Notes: generated from the letters alone by a model not told the origin. DNA of 64,000 bases from an uncultured Thermoplasmata archaeon (GCA_964475625.1 CAYYXK010000001.1:30935-94934), one strand, 5' to 3'; shown: positions 45,394-55,983, counted from the stretch's first letter. Made by a program: numbers and translations.

Positions 45394-46023
45394 ATGTTAG
45401 GGCAGTTTCTCATGTTCTTCATCCCGATATTCGTTGTCATAGACCCGTTCGCATCCCTGCCGCTATTCCTGACACTCACGGCAAATATGGATGAAGTACA
45501 GAGAAGAAAGGTCGCAAAGCTTGCCAACACGGTTGCGTTCATCTTTCTGGTCGTCTTCGCCCTTGTAGGGAAATTCATACTGGATTATCTCGGAATCTCC
45601 ATAGATGCCCTCATGATAGCCGGCGGATTGCTGATGCTCATGTCCGGTTTCGAGATGATGAGGGAGGGAGATAAACCAAGGTCAAAGAAGAACAGAGATG
45701 CGGAGCGCATGGATGTCGACGGTAATATCGCGGTAGTACCTTTGGGAACTCCGATGCTAGCCGGCCCCGGTGCCCTGTCCCTTGTGATAGTCATGACGCA
45801 GAGCAATCCCCTCAGCATGTGGGGAATGATAATACTTTCCGTAGCTCTCACTCTCTTCATAACCATGCTCATCTTCTTTCAGGCATCGAGAATATACTCC
45901 TTTATCGGAGAGACCGGGAGCAGAGCCTTGACCCGTATAATGGGTCTTCTCGTGGCCGCTTTTGCCATACAATATATCCTGAACGGTCTTGCGGGATGGC
46001 TGTCACACATCGGCCTCGTCTGA
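45394..46023 (+). CDS. MarC-family integral membrane protein (UPF0056)
   Basis: It has 6 TM helices and a MarC-like pattern. Confidence 0.55.
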   Translation: MLGQFLMFFIPIFVVIDPFASLPLFLTLTANMDEVQRRKVAKLANTVAFIFLVVFALVGKFILDYLGISIDALMIAGGLLMLMSGFEMMREGDKPRSKKNRDAERMDVDGNIAVVPLGTPMLAGPGALSLVIVMTQSNPLSMWGMIILSVALTLFITMLIFFQASRIYSFIGETGSRALTRIMGLLVAAFAIQYILNGLAGWLSHIGLV

Positions 46024-46082
46024 GTGCAAATTTGAGGGAAAGTAAAATATACCTTCGTTCCTTTATAGACGACGGAGAAAAC

Positions 46083-47231
46083 ATGAGAACCCTCATACTG
46101 TCCGTGGACAGAGACGATGATTTCGGAGAGAAAGCAGGGGTTCGCAGCCCCATAATAGGGAGAAAGGCGAACCTCGAAGCCGCCGTAAAACTTGCATTGA
46201 AGGATGCGGAAGACAGCGACAGCAATGCCCTCTTCTCTGCGATATCTCTTTACGACAAAATGAAAAAAGAGGGGGAAGATGTCCAGATAGCGACCATATG
46301 CGGGCACAAAGATGTGGGAACGAGGTCTGATAAGAAATTGGCAAGGGAACTGGATTATGTTCTCAAAAAGACAAAGGCGAAATCCGTCTACCTCGTATCC
46401 GACGGTGCGGAAGATGACCATATCGTACCAATAATATCCAGCAGAAGCGTGAAGATAGACCATGTGGAGCATGTCTATGTCAGACAGAACAAGAACCTCG
46501 AAGGTTCATATTACATGATAGTCAAGGCGCTGAAAGACGATAAGATAAGAAAGAAAATAACTGTCCCCATCGCTCTCGCACTTATATTCTACGGCGTTCT
46601 GGTCGGTATGATGCCGTTCATACTTTATGTCATGATAAACGGAATAGAAAGCATACTCAATCAGGGACAGCTTCTGTCCGAATTCACACTCGGCGCATTT
46701 CTGACCATGCTCGGCCTGTATATGCTGTCATGGGCATATTCCATGGATGAACATTTCAATCGGATAATTTCATCATATAAAAAGAAAATTGAATCGGGGA
46801 GCGCTACGCCCTATTTCACGGTTGCATCGGCGATATTCATTCTCTTCGGAATGGTGCAGGCATGGGATGCATGGGACTATGTCGATGGCGGCCTGACGAA
46901 ACATTTCATATATTTCCTTACGGCAGGCATATGGTGGTGGGTGTTCGGTGTCCTTCTGTATGAGGGTGGGTATGTAGTGGATGCATATTCGCTCAAAGGA
47001 GGCATACCGAAGAGCTTCTGGGTGGTAACGCTTTCAACGATATCTCTAGGTCTGATAATGTGGGCGGTTCTGGATTCGCTCAAGCTCATACTCGGATACA
47101 CAGACCTTGAAAGGGCGGTCATGGGGATATACATCTCCGTATCCGCTGCGGCGTTCCTCATAATAACTGCGGTATTCGTGGGAAAGACCGGAGGAAAGAA
47201 GGCCAGAGTGGAGGCTCAGTGGAGGAAATAA
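46083..47231 (+). CDS. Conserved archaeal membrane protein (DUF373-like). It has a cytoplasmic N-terminal domain and C-terminal multi-TM region
   Basis: The ATG at 46083 follows the MarC gene. The ORF-track start at 45819 overlaps MarC in another frame and was rejected. Confidence 0.45.
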   Translation: MRTLILSVDRDDDFGEKAGVRSPIIGRKANLEAAVKLALKDAEDSDSNALFSAISLYDKMKKEGEDVQIATICGHKDVGTRSDKKLARELDYVLKKTKAKSVYLVSDGAEDDHIVPIISSRSVKIDHVEHVYVRQNKNLEGSYYMIVKALKDDKIRKKITVPIALALIFYGVLVGMMPFILYVMINGIESILNQGQLLSEFTLGAFLTMLGLYMLSWAYSMDEHFNRIISSYKKKIESGSATPYFTVASAIFILFGMVQAWDAWDYVDGGLTKHFIYFLTAGIWWWVFGVLLYEGGYVVDAYSLKGGIPKSFWVVTLSTISLGLIMWAVLDSLKLILGYTDLERAVMGIYISVSAAAFLIITAVFVGKTGGKKARVEAQWRK

Positions 47232-47232
47232 A

Positions 47233-48306
47233 ATGTGCATGGAACTGGAGAATGGTTCCTGTTCTCGCGGCGAACTGCCTGAAGGCTGTAAGATGTGCGG
47301 CCCGGGAAGAAAGATGGTGCTTTTCGTAACCGGTCTCTGCGATGCCGACTGCTTTTACTGTCCTCTTTCGGAGCATAAAAAGAACTCTGATGTGATATAT
47401 GCGGATGAGATGCCCGTACGCAATGACGAGGATATCCTAGAGGAAGTGCGGGCCATAGGCGCGACCGGGGCAGGCATGACCGGAGGAGACCCTCTTAAGG
47501 CTCTCGGACGCACGGAAAAGTACATTCGTCTTCTCAAAAACAGATTCGGAGAATTGCACCACATACACCTTTATACGGCAACGTTCGACCCTGAGAAGGC
47601 CCGTGTTCTGTCCGAAGCGGGACTTGATGAGATGAGATTTCACCCCCCGCCCGAGACATGGGACGAATTCGAGAGAACACCGCTCTACGAAAAACTGAAA
47701 GAAATTCTTAAGCTGCCCATGCACATCGGTCTTGAGATACCTGCCCTCCCCGATAAAAAATATGAAATTATGCATCTTATACAGGTTGCGGATGAAATGG
47801 GTGTGGAGTTCATAAACCTGAACGAACTGGAATTCTCGGACACGAATCACGAGGCCATGCTCGGGAAGGGATATCATGTGAAATCGGATGTGGCGAGCGC
47901 AGTGAAGGGGAGCGAGGAGATGGCGCGCTCCATAGCGAAGGAGATGGATACGAAGATGACGATACACTACTGCTCCGCATCGTTCAAGGATGGCATCCAA
48001 TTGAGGAACAGGCTAAAAAACAGGGCTGAGAATACCGCAAAGGATTATGAGGTTCCGACGGAGGACGGGACCGTGCTCAAAGGATTGATATATTGTGATG
48101 AGGCACAGACACTCATGGAATTGCTGAAGTTCGAGTTCGATGTTCCGGAATCTCTTATGAATCTCGATATGGAACGCAGAAGGATAGAGATCGCACCGTG
48201 GGTCATAGAAGAGATATATCCGGAACTTGAAGGATGCCGTGCGTACATCGTGGAAGAATATCCCACATGGGACCGGCTTGAGGTGGAGCGCACCCCTCTG
48301 GAGTGA
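47233..48306 (+). CDS. Radical SAM protein (PflA-related, COG2108-like) with extra N-terminal Cys cluster
   Basis: 'CDADCFYCP' is the CxxxCxxC motif. An upstream 'C..C.......C..C' cluster is also present. Confidence 0.55.
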   Translation: MCMELENGSCSRGELPEGCKMCGPGRKMVLFVTGLCDADCFYCPLSEHKKNSDVIYADEMPVRNDEDILEEVRAIGATGAGMTGGDPLKALGRTEKYIRLLKNRFGELHHIHLYTATFDPEKARVLSEAGLDEMRFHPPPETWDEFERTPLYEKLKEILKLPMHIGLEIPALPDKKYEIMHLIQVADEMGVEFINLNELEFSDTNHEAMLGKGYHVKSDVASAVKGSEEMARSIAKEMDTKMTIHYCSASFKDGIQLRNRLKNRAENTAKDYEVPTEDGTVLKGLIYCDEAQTLMELLKFEFDVPESLMNLDMERRRIEIAPWVIEEIYPELEGCRAYIVEEYPTWDRLEVERTPLE

Positions 48307-48310
48307 TGTA

Positions 48311-49060
48311 ATGTATCGAAAAAAGAAACTCGGGCAGCATTTCATGATTGATGAAGGAATCCTTGAAAGGGAGATCGAATATGCGGATATCTCGGATAAG
48401 GATGTCGTCCTCGAGATCGGTCCGGGAATGGGAGCGTTGACCAAATATCTGGTGAAGAGCGCCGGAAGGGTGAATGCCATAGAAAAGGACAGGGCACTTG
48501 CAAGTCTCATCAAAGAAAGGTTTCCCGAAATAAATCTGATTGAAGGGGATGCGATGAAGATAGAATGGCCGCCCTTCGACAAAATGGTCTCGAACATACC
48601 ATATATGATATCATCACCGTTGACCTTCAAACTTCTTGAATACGATTTCGATGTGGCGGTATTGACATATCAGCGGGAATTCGCGGAAAGACTGGTCGCA
48701 TACGCCGGAGATATGGCCTATTCAAGACTGAGCGTTATGGCATATTATCGAGCTGAAATCGAATATCTTGAAACGGTACCGAGAACTGCTTTCAGACCGC
48801 AACCGAAGGTGGAATCCGCCATAATACGAATAAAACCGCGCAAAGAGCCGCCTTTTCATGTGGAAGACACAAATCTGTTCGAAGATGTGGTTCGTACGCT
48901 TTTTAGTGCCAGAAGAAAAATGGTACGCTCGGCTTTGCGTTCGAAGTATGGGGTTATAGATACCGAGTTCGGAGACCTGCGTGCAGAGGGGCTGAGTCCG
49001 GAGGAGATTGCCGAAATAAGCAACCGGGTCTACGAAATCATGCTGAAAAGGAAGAATTGA
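48311..49060 (+). CDS. rsmA: 16S rRNA (adenine1518/1519-N6)-dimethyltransferase KsgA/Dim1
   Basis: 'LGQHFMIDEGIL...LEIGPGMGALT' and 'NIPY' are present. Confidence 0.85.
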   Translation: MYRKKKLGQHFMIDEGILEREIEYADISDKDVVLEIGPGMGALTKYLVKSAGRVNAIEKDRALASLIKERFPEINLIEGDAMKIEWPPFDKMVSNIPYMISSPLTFKLLEYDFDVAVLTYQREFAERLVAYAGDMAYSRLSVMAYYRAEIEYLETVPRTAFRPQPKVESAIIRIKPRKEPPFHVEDTNLFEDVVRTLFSARRKMVRSALRSKYGVIDTEFGDLRAEGLSPEEIAEISNRVYEIMLKRKN

Positions 49061-49110
49061 AAACCTTAAAATACATCCTCATTTTGGGGCGGAATAAAGA
49101 GGTGAATTGA

Positions 49111-49274
49111 TGGAAGATACACTCTGCACCGTAGAAATACTCAGGGATGAAGACGGATATGTAGCAAAGGTACAGACAAGTTTCGGAAGATACATGGAAT
49201 ACAGAAACCCGGACTTTGAGAGCCTTATGCAGCAGCTTTATGAAGATCTTTACGAAGAGTTCGAGGGCGCTTAA
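49111..49274 (+). CDS. Small acidic hypothetical protein (54 aa, not in the ORF track)
   Basis: The ATG is preceded by AGAGGTGA SD at 49098-49105. The ORF is otherwise unexplained. Confidence 0.35.
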
Positions 49275-49912
49275 GCCTCGTTTAACTTCTTTTTCGCGGC
49301 TATAACGCAGGATATCGCATTTTCAAGAGCGGTTTCGATATCACCCTTTCTTTTGGAGATGTTCGCATTTTTCAGGAACGGCGTTATATCCGATACATCC
49401 GTACCTATGTGTCTCAGGTCCTTTATCAGTGACTTCGCCTCTTCAAGCTGTTCTTCCAGAAGGGCCTTCATATCTTCTTCATCCTCTACGAAAATAGCTC
49501 CGCAGTGGGGACATATCAAATCCTCCTCCTTAACCGGCTGCTCACAGACAGGGCATACATATTCAACCTCTTCAAAAGAATCTTCGGAATCTTCTTCATC
49601 CTCCTCTTGGTCGACCTCCGTGATTCCGGCATCGTATGCAATCTCCGTCTCTGCCGATTCCGATACTCCGGCCGCAGGAGAACTGCCCAATATGTTCTGC
49701 ATCTCTTCCAAAAGCTTTTCAGGGTCTACATCTTCGGAATCACCGATACTCTCAAGAAAACTTTCCAAGGGCGAGGTGTCTGTTCCGAGCATCTCTTCTT
49801 CGAGTTCGAATATATCCAGGTGCGCTCCGCAGTATGGACAGACCTCCACAGAGGTAGGTATCGTTTCCCCGCATAATGGGCATTTCTTTGTAGGCTCTTT
49901 TCGGCCAGACAT
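49271..49912 (-). CDS. Double zinc-ribbon acidic protein with C-terminal coiled coil
   Basis: It has 'CPLCG...CPYCG' and 'CPVCE...CPHCG' separated by a D/E-rich linker. Confidence 0.45.
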   Translation of the reverse strand: MSGRKEPTKKCPLCGETIPTSVEVCPYCGAHLDIFELEEEMLGTDTSPLESFLESIGDSEDVDPEKLLEEMQNILGSSPAAGVSESAETEIAYDAGITEVDQEEDEEDSEDSFEEVEYVCPVCEQPVKEEDLICPHCGAIFVEDEEDMKALLEEQLEEAKSLIKDLRHIGTDVSDITPFLKNANISKRKGDIETALENAISCVIAAKKKLNEA

Positions 49913-50008
49913 GCAACCTCTTCTTCCCTTAGGACCTTCTCTTATATATGATTTTCATTTGCTCTCGGTAGAAAAGTACGAATAAAAATAGTAAAAAGAA
50001 AAGGGGTT

Positions 50009-50173
50009 TTAGAGGTCGTAGGGCTTGAGTGTCTTTCTCCCATTCTCCTTGGCTCTTGCGGTTGCATCCTTTATCAGATCTGCAACGGCTGCATCAAGCC
50101 TGTCGTAGAAGTCCTGGGATATTCTGTACTCGTCCCCGACCATTGCCTTTACTTCGGACTTTTTGATGATCAT
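50009..50173 (-). CDS. Small histone-fold-like/DUF1931-like protein (54 aa, not in the ORF track)
   Basis: The translation is 'MIIKKSEVKAMVGDEYRISQDFYDRLDAAVADLIKDATARAKENGRKTLKPYDL'. The 'GRKT.K..D' segment resembles the archaeal histone alpha3 region. Confidence 0.35.
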   Translation of the reverse strand: MIIKKSEVKAMVGDEYRISQDFYDRLDAAVADLIKDATARAKENGRKTLKPYDL

Positions 50174-50287
50174 TTGTTCACCGTTCCAGAGAATACGCTT
50201 ATGCTTTTTAAACTTTTCGCCCTAAACCCTCGAAAACGGGCGATTGACCCATATTTTATCCAATAATACCTTATGAATATTTAGAAG

Positions 50288-51319
50288 TTATAATTTCCAA
50301 TACTGTGAGAAAAAATTTCTTGACTCATCAACATATTCTTTACCTTTTATTGACTCGTCCCGGACATCTTCATACTGCAAATGCGCCTTTTTACCCTCGA
50401 AAAGACCTATTATTCCACCTACGACCTCCGAAAGAGGGACGCCGTTGTACCCGCCTTCGAGAACATAGATTATCCTTTTCCTGAGATATTTTTCTGCAAA
50501 ATCCTGTAAAATGGCCGCCAGCTCGAGATAACCCTTGCTTGAAAGCTCCAAACCGGACATGTCGTCCCTGTAGTGTGCATCCACGCCGAGGCTGACAAAG
50601 ATGGAATCCGGACGAAACTGCCTGAGGATTGGCATTATCATGCTTTCAAAGGCGTATTTATATGTCGTGTCGCCGCTTCTTGCACTGAGAGGTATATTCA
50701 CATTATATCCTTCCCCGTCTCCTTTTCCGGCTTCGGTGTAATATCCTGTTCCGGGATATATCCCCCATTGATGTGTGGAGACATAAAGCACCTTGTCCGA
50801 CTCATAGAATATATCCTGAGTTCCGTTGCCGTGATGTGCGTCTATATCGATTATTGCAACCCTTTTGGACCTCTTCAAGGCTTTTTTTGCTGCTATGGCG
50901 GTATTGTTGAAATAACAGAAACCGCCGCCGTAATCCGGGCCTGCGTGGTGCCCGGGTGGCCTCACTATGGCAAATGAAGGTGTGTTCCCATGATAGCTCT
51001 CCTCCATTGCTGTGAGTGCCCCTCCGGCCGCCAGCCTTGCCACATCATATGTGCCCTCTCTTATGATGGTCTCGCCGTCGAGATATTTCATGGTTGAGGC
51101 CCTTATCTTATCAACATATTTGGAAGAATGGACCTCAAGGATATCCTTCTCCGATGCCGGTTCGGGTTCCAGTATATGCTGCCGGATTCCGAGAGACATT
51201 ATTTTTTTTATGATATATTCCATTCTGAAGGGAGCTTCCGGGTGATATCTGTACTGGATGTGAGTAGCATATTCCGGATGATAAACGACGACCATCGAGC
51301 CAGTATATGCTGCTAGCAT
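50288..51319 (-). CDS. Histone deacetylase-family amidohydrolase (AcuC/acetylpolyamine amidohydrolase-like)
   Basis: 'DIDAHHGNGTQDIFY' is present. The start is at 51319 or 51295; the ORF-track start at 51415 is an upstream extension. Confidence 0.75.
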   Translation of the reverse strand: MLAAYTGSMVVVYHPEYATHIQYRYHPEAPFRMEYIIKKIMSLGIRQHILEPEPASEKDILEVHSSKYVDKIRASTMKYLDGETIIREGTYDVARLAAGGALTAMEESYHGNTPSFAIVRPPGHHAGPDYGGGFCYFNNTAIAAKKALKRSKRVAIIDIDAHHGNGTQDIFYESDKVLYVSTHQWGIYPGTGYYTEAGKGDGEGYNVNIPLSARSGDTTYKYAFESMIMPILRQFRPDSIFVSLGVDAHYRDDMSGLELSSKGYLELAAILQDFAEKYLRKRIIYVLEGGYNGVPLSEVVGGIIGLFEGKKAHLQYEDVRDESIKGKEYVDESRNFFSQYWKL

Positions 51320-51460
51320 AATAACATTATGCAATATGAACAGTTCCGGAGAAAGAGTACATATATGAAAAGAAAATCGAGTGACTGATGGTCGATTTGA
51401 CCGAGCCCATCGCATATACAGCAGTCTGTTGTTGCTGAACCCCTCGAGAGAGGTGATTTT

Positions 51461-52351
51461 ATGGAAAAAATATGGCCATATGATTTTATTGGGGATACTC
51501 CCTCCTTCTTTATCGATTCAGTCTTTCTGAAGATAGAGGGGGCCAACCCCACGGGAAGTATAAAGGACAGGGCATCGTGGCACATGATGAAAAGGGCGGA
51601 AGAAAGAGGTGAGCTCGGAAAAGGCATGGAGATAGTGGAGGCCACCAGTGGGAACACGGGAATATCCCTTGCCATGCTTTCCGCACTGCGCGGTTACGGT
51701 TTCACCGCTGTCATGCCGGAAGGTATGAGTCCCGAACGAACGGCCATGATGCGCTCTTACGGTGCCAATGTCGTGCTTACACCTGCGGAAGAGGGGAGCG
51801 CTGGCTCGAAAAAGGCTCTGGAAGAGATGACGGAAGGGAGGGATGACATATGGTCTCCGAGACAGTTCGAGAACCCGGACAACATCGAAGCGCACAGGCT
51901 TGGAACCGGCCTGGAGATAGCGAGGGAGTTTCCGGAAATAGATGCCTTCGTTGCGGGAATCGGTACCGGCGGGACACTCATCGGAGTTGCGAAGGCCTTC
52001 AAGGATGCGAACATGGATGTTATGATGGTGGGGCTGGAACCTGAAGAGAGCGCCGTACTTTCGGGAAAGGAAAGCGGCAGACACGGAATTCAGGGGATAG
52101 GGCGGGGAGAGATAACAGCCATAATCGAGGAGAACGGAGGACTCGTAGACCGTATTATGACGATAAAGACGGAAGATGCCCTCGGTGCCATGAAATATCT
52201 GTGGAGAGAGAATGGGATATCCTGCGGAGTCAGTTCCGGTGCGAATTTCCTTGCGGCCAGAAGGCTCGCCATGAAAGGATATCGGGTTGCAACGGTTCTA
52301 CCTGACCGGGGAGACAGATATCTTTCTCTGGTTGCTTCATGGGACTTGTAA
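51461..52351 (+). CDS. cysK: PLP-dependent cysteine synthase family protein
   Basis: 'GSIKDRA' and 'TSGNTGISLA' motifs are present. Confidence 0.8.
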   Translation: MEKIWPYDFIGDTPSFFIDSVFLKIEGANPTGSIKDRASWHMMKRAEERGELGKGMEIVEATSGNTGISLAMLSALRGYGFTAVMPEGMSPERTAMMRSYGANVVLTPAEEGSAGSKKALEEMTEGRDDIWSPRQFENPDNIEAHRLGTGLEIAREFPEIDAFVAGIGTGGTLIGVAKAFKDANMDVMMVGLEPEESAVLSGKESGRHGIQGIGRGEITAIIEENGGLVDRIMTIKTEDALGAMKYLWRENGISCGVSSGANFLAARRLAMKGYRVATVLPDRGDRYLSLVASWDL

Positions 52352-52388
52352 ATGGAAACCTCTTTTTATGATGTGAAGATGGGGAATC

Positions 52389-53300
52389 ATGGAAGCCGTA
52401 ATACTTGCCGGCGGATTCGGAACCCGGCTCAGACCTCTGACATATAGAATGCCAAAGGCCCTTGTACCCGTTGCAGGCAGGCCCATGATACTGCACCTCA
52501 TTGATTCTCTGCCCTACGAAGTGAACAAAGTGGTAATGGCGGTCAGTTATATGCGCGACGCACTGGAAGAGTATTTCTCAAAGAACCCGGTGGACGGCAG
52601 GGAAATCGTGTTCATCGAAGAGAAAGTGGCTCTGGGAACGGGCGGTGCCATAAAAAATGTGGAAAAAGAGATAAGTGGGGATTTTCTTGCGTTCAATGGA
52701 GATATAATTTCATCGGTCAACCCTGCGATTCTCATTGGAAGGCTCAGAGAGACAGGCTCCGAAGCGGTGATATCGCTCTGGAAGGTCGCCGACCCATCAC
52801 ACTACGGAGTGGTCGACATGGAACCCGATGGGAGGATCAAAAGATTCATTGAGAAACCCGCACCGGGTGAGGAACCTTCGAATCTGATAAGCGCGGGGGC
52901 ATATGCCCTGTCCTATGATATTCTGGATCTGATACCTCCCGGAAAAGTCGTTTCCCTTGAAAGGCAGATATGGCCTGCCGTTGTGGAAAAGGGTATGTAC
53001 GGAGTGCCCTTTGAAGGATACTGGACGGACGCTGGGACCAGAGAAAGGGTTCTTGAAGCCAACATGCTTCTTCTGACCGAAAACGGAAAGCTTTCGTTCA
53101 TAGATGAAAGGGCGGATGTGCGAGGAGAGGTGCTCCCCTATTCCTCCATAGGAAATGCGGTGATAGAGGAAGGAGCGCTTGTCGAGAACTCGATAGTCAT
53201 GGATGGCTCTGTGGTGGAAAAAGGTGTTTCCGTCCGGGATTCGATCATTGGTCCGGACAGCAGGGTAAAAAAGGATTTTGAAGGGGATATTCTGACCTGA
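52389..53300 (+). CDS. NDP-sugar pyrophosphorylase (sugar-1-phosphate nucleotidyltransferase)
   Basis: It begins 'ILAGGFGTRLRPLT'. Confidence 0.75.
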   Translation: MEAVILAGGFGTRLRPLTYRMPKALVPVAGRPMILHLIDSLPYEVNKVVMAVSYMRDALEEYFSKNPVDGREIVFIEEKVALGTGGAIKNVEKEISGDFLAFNGDIISSVNPAILIGRLRETGSEAVISLWKVADPSHYGVVDMEPDGRIKRFIEKPAPGEEPSNLISAGAYALSYDILDLIPPGKVVSLERQIWPAVVEKGMYGVPFEGYWTDAGTRERVLEANMLLLTENGKLSFIDERADVRGEVLPYSSIGNAVIEEGALVENSIVMDGSVVEKGVSVRDSIIGPDSRVKKDFEGDILT

Positions 53301-53308
53301 ATCCCGAA

Positions 53309-54787
53309 TCAGCGCAGTGCTTCTATGACCTCTTCCTTCATCGGCGCCACATCTATGCCCTCGTATCCGAGCATGCGGGCGAGTTCGTCAACATTGTATT
53401 TCTGTCCATAGGACCACAGGCCTTTCAGGATGTCGCCGGCCTCTGCGGAGTTGAACCAATCCCTCTGGGTTTCCCCGATTACGTGCTTTCTCAGCTGGGT
53501 TTCGAATATCCACGCCCTCAGATACTGGGAGACATAGAAGCCGTCGTCCACGTCCAAAAGATAGCGGTTAGCCTTGTGTCTCATCTTCAGGCCCTTTTCC
53601 ATTATCTCCTTGTAGCGTACGTCCATTCCATCTATGTCCCTCCTTCCATGGAGTTCCATCTCGTAGAGAAGCTTTGAGGCGTATCTCCTGAGGAAGAAGA
53701 GTTTGTTAAGGAATGCGAACCTCAGGTAATCCTCAACTCTGTCCATATTGACATACTGTTTCAGCCACAGCTCGTCCGTGGGCAGGTAGTTGAATATGAA
53801 TGCGTAGCTCTCACTAACCGAGACATCACCGAGGTACTTGTATTCGAACGGGTGCTTTCTGTCAACATGTGCAAAATGCTCCGTGTGTCCTCCCTCGTGC
53901 AGCATCGCCTGATAATCGTCCTGTCCTCCATGAGGGGTTATGACCAGTATGACTCTATCCGGTACCTCCACTGGCATGGTGAATGCGCGAGGATGCTTCT
54001 TCGGCCTCTCCTCGGTGTCAAGTATGACGTTCTTCTGAGCATCTGGGTCTATACCTATGCCCTTCATGGTGGCTTTCCAGTTTTCCACCACACCGTCCTT
54101 CGGGAAATATGCATCGAACTCCTTCGCCCTGAAAAGATAGGAAACGTCATGGCGCTCCGCCTTATCGATTGTTATCCCGAATGGCTCGAGAGAGCGGTTC
54201 ATGGCATCCACATAGGCCTGCTCGGTGTCATTCAGGAACTGTTCCATCTGCTCTTTCAGAGGTTCCAGCTCTATGCCCTTCATGTCCTGGACCATGTCTA
54301 TGTAGTTCTCATAGCCCAGTTCAACGGATAGGTCATGGAGCTTCAGCATCCTTTCCTTCAGTATCCCATTCAGTTCATCCACCACGGGGTCGGTGAGCGC
54401 ATCCAGCTCGCTTCTCCTCTCCCTGCTGTCCTCATTGGATATGTGGGAGGGAATCGAGCGATATGGCACATCCTTTCCATCGACCTTCACGGTGGCCTTT
54501 GCCTCAGCGGTCATGAACTTTTCATCCATCTCGGCCGTTATGTTCGAGATATACTCGCCAGCCATGAATGAATACAGCATTGAAAGCTGCCTTTTCTCCT
54601 CTCCATCTGCCTTATCCCGCATATCGCGCACATAGTCCACGGCATCCCTTCCGAAGAGGTAGCCGTATTTCTGATATATTCCGCTTATGTTCAGCTCGTC
54701 CTTGAATCCTCCCAGATTCTGATAATACTCCTCATCCAGTTCCTTCGTGAACGCTTCCGCATCCTTCCTTATCTTCTCAAGGTCCAT
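53309..54787 (-). CDS. Zinc metallopeptidase (HExxH 'HEGGH'; M3/oligoendopeptidase-F-like)
   Basis: It has the HEGGH motif with a downstream Glu. The start was trimmed to 'MDLEKIRKD' to avoid overlapping ppa. Confidence 0.45.
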   Translation of the reverse strand: MDLEKIRKDAEAFTKELDEEYYQNLGGFKDELNISGIYQKYGYLFGRDAVDYVRDMRDKADGEEKRQLSMLYSFMAGEYISNITAEMDEKFMTAEAKATVKVDGKDVPYRSIPSHISNEDSRERRSELDALTDPVVDELNGILKERMLKLHDLSVELGYENYIDMVQDMKGIELEPLKEQMEQFLNDTEQAYVDAMNRSLEPFGITIDKAERHDVSYLFRAKEFDAYFPKDGVVENWKATMKGIGIDPDAQKNVILDTEERPKKHPRAFTMPVEVPDRVILVITPHGGQDDYQAMLHEGGHTEHFAHVDRKHPFEYKYLGDVSVSESYAFIFNYLPTDELWLKQYVNMDRVEDYLRFAFLNKLFFLRRYASKLLYEMELHGRRDIDGMDVRYKEIMEKGLKMRHKANRYLLDVDDGFYVSQYLRAWIFETQLRKHVIGETQRDWFNSAEAGDILKGLWSYGQKYNVDELARMLGYEGIDVAPMKEEVIEALR

Positions 54788-54815
54788 GTTAACACCTGCA
54801 GGGTGATGGCCGTAC

Positions 54816-55400
54816 TCATTTAGAGTTTTTCCCATAGGTGGAATCATAGGCCTCTATCGACTCCATGATTATACCGTGTGCCGATTCCACGCCTTCCCAG
54901 CCCCTTATCTCGACCTCTCTGCCCTCCAGCTGCTTGTATATGCTGAAGAAGTGAGCTATCTCGTTTAGTATCGCCCCCTCTATGTCATCTATATCCTTTA
55001 TCGCAGAGAACCTGGTGTCCTTCAGTGGGGCCGCCAGAATCTTATCGTCCTCCTTGTCTCCGTCAATCATACGAAGAATCCCTATGGGCCTCGACTCTAT
55101 GAGAACTCCGGGGTATGTAGGGTATGTTATCAGGACCAGAGCGTCCAGAGGGTCTCCGTCCTTCGCCAGTGTGCCGGGTATTATTCCGTAGTCTCCTGGG
55201 TAATGCACCGCGGAGAAGAGCACCCTGTCCAGTTTGAAGATGCCGGTCTTCTTGTCCAGTTCGTACTTGTTCTGCGAACCCTGAGGTATCTCTATGATTA
55301 TGTTCAGCCTTTCCGGGGGTTCCTTTCCCGGGTCTATGTCGTGCCAGTAGTCCGTTTCATTCCTCCTTTTTCGATTCCGTATATCATCAGATAAACCCAT
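54816..55400 (-). CDS. ppa: Inorganic pyrophosphatase
   Basis: 'IIIEIPQGSQNKYE...DRVLFSAVHYPGDYGIIPGTLAKDGDPLDALVL' is present. The only in-frame start is ATG 55400, which overlaps the upstream gene's 3' end by 67 nt. Confidence 0.85.
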   Translation of the reverse strand: MGLSDDIRNRKRRNETDYWHDIDPGKEPPERLNIIIEIPQGSQNKYELDKKTGIFKLDRVLFSAVHYPGDYGIIPGTLAKDGDPLDALVLITYPTYPGVLIESRPIGILRMIDGDKEDDKILAAPLKDTRFSAIKDIDDIEGAILNEIAHFFSIYKQLEGREVEIRGWEGVESAHGIIMESIEAYDSTYGKNSK

Positions 55401-55909
55401 GAAGCGATTGCCACAGCCCCTATTGTCTCGGGTATGGCCAGAGAGGTCCATCCCGGCAGGAACATCAGCAGTATGGCGGCAATCAACAGGCCGAGCGTCA
55501 GATAGCCCTGCCATTCCCTTTTTACTGACATGTGGATTCCATATATAAGCATGGCCACCGCCGACAGCAGATAGAAAAGCACGGATACTTTCCAGTGTGG
55601 GCCCGTGTCCTCCGGAAATATTCCTATGAGTGACATAGATAGGCTGGAGAGAAAGAAAGAGATGGAACCGATTAGTTCGGCACTTCCTCTGCGCACCTCG
55701 ATAAGGTATGTGGAAAATGCCATTGAAAAGGTTCCTCCGAGCAGCAGCCCGAGACTGAAGACCCACCCGTTCTCAGTATGCAGAGCCCCAAGGTCGGAAA
55801 GAGCGTTTTCCGTCCATGAGAACCATGGATGTATCGCTATTGCCAAGGCTATGAAAGAGAAAGATATCACCGGAGAAAGCAGCCCGAGCAGCAATCTTCT
55901 GTCTTTCAT
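55334..55909 (-). CDS. Hypothetical polytopic membrane protein (DUF998-like)
   Basis: It has about 6 TM helices. Confidence 0.4.
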   Translation of the reverse strand: MKDRRLLLGLLSPVISFSFIALAIAIHPWFSWTENALSDLGALHTENGWVFSLGLLLGGTFSMAFSTYLIEVRRGSAELIGSISFFLSSLSMSLIGIFPEDTGPHWKVSVLFYLLSAVAMLIYGIHMSVKREWQGYLTLGLLIAAILLMFLPGWTSLAIPETIGAVAIASWVYLMIYGIEKGGMKRTTGTT

Positions 55910-55983
55910 GGTACTGAATCGGTCCGCCTATAAATAAGGATTTCCACGGAAAACTTTTTATCCCATGCCTGAGAGGACAGGCC

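Noticed and set aside
45819-46082. An ORF-track N-terminal extension of the 46083 membrane-protein gene that overlaps the MarC gene
   Set aside because: The extension is in a different frame across a real gene and has no homology-like features. An internal ATG at 46083 with an intergenic spacer fits better.
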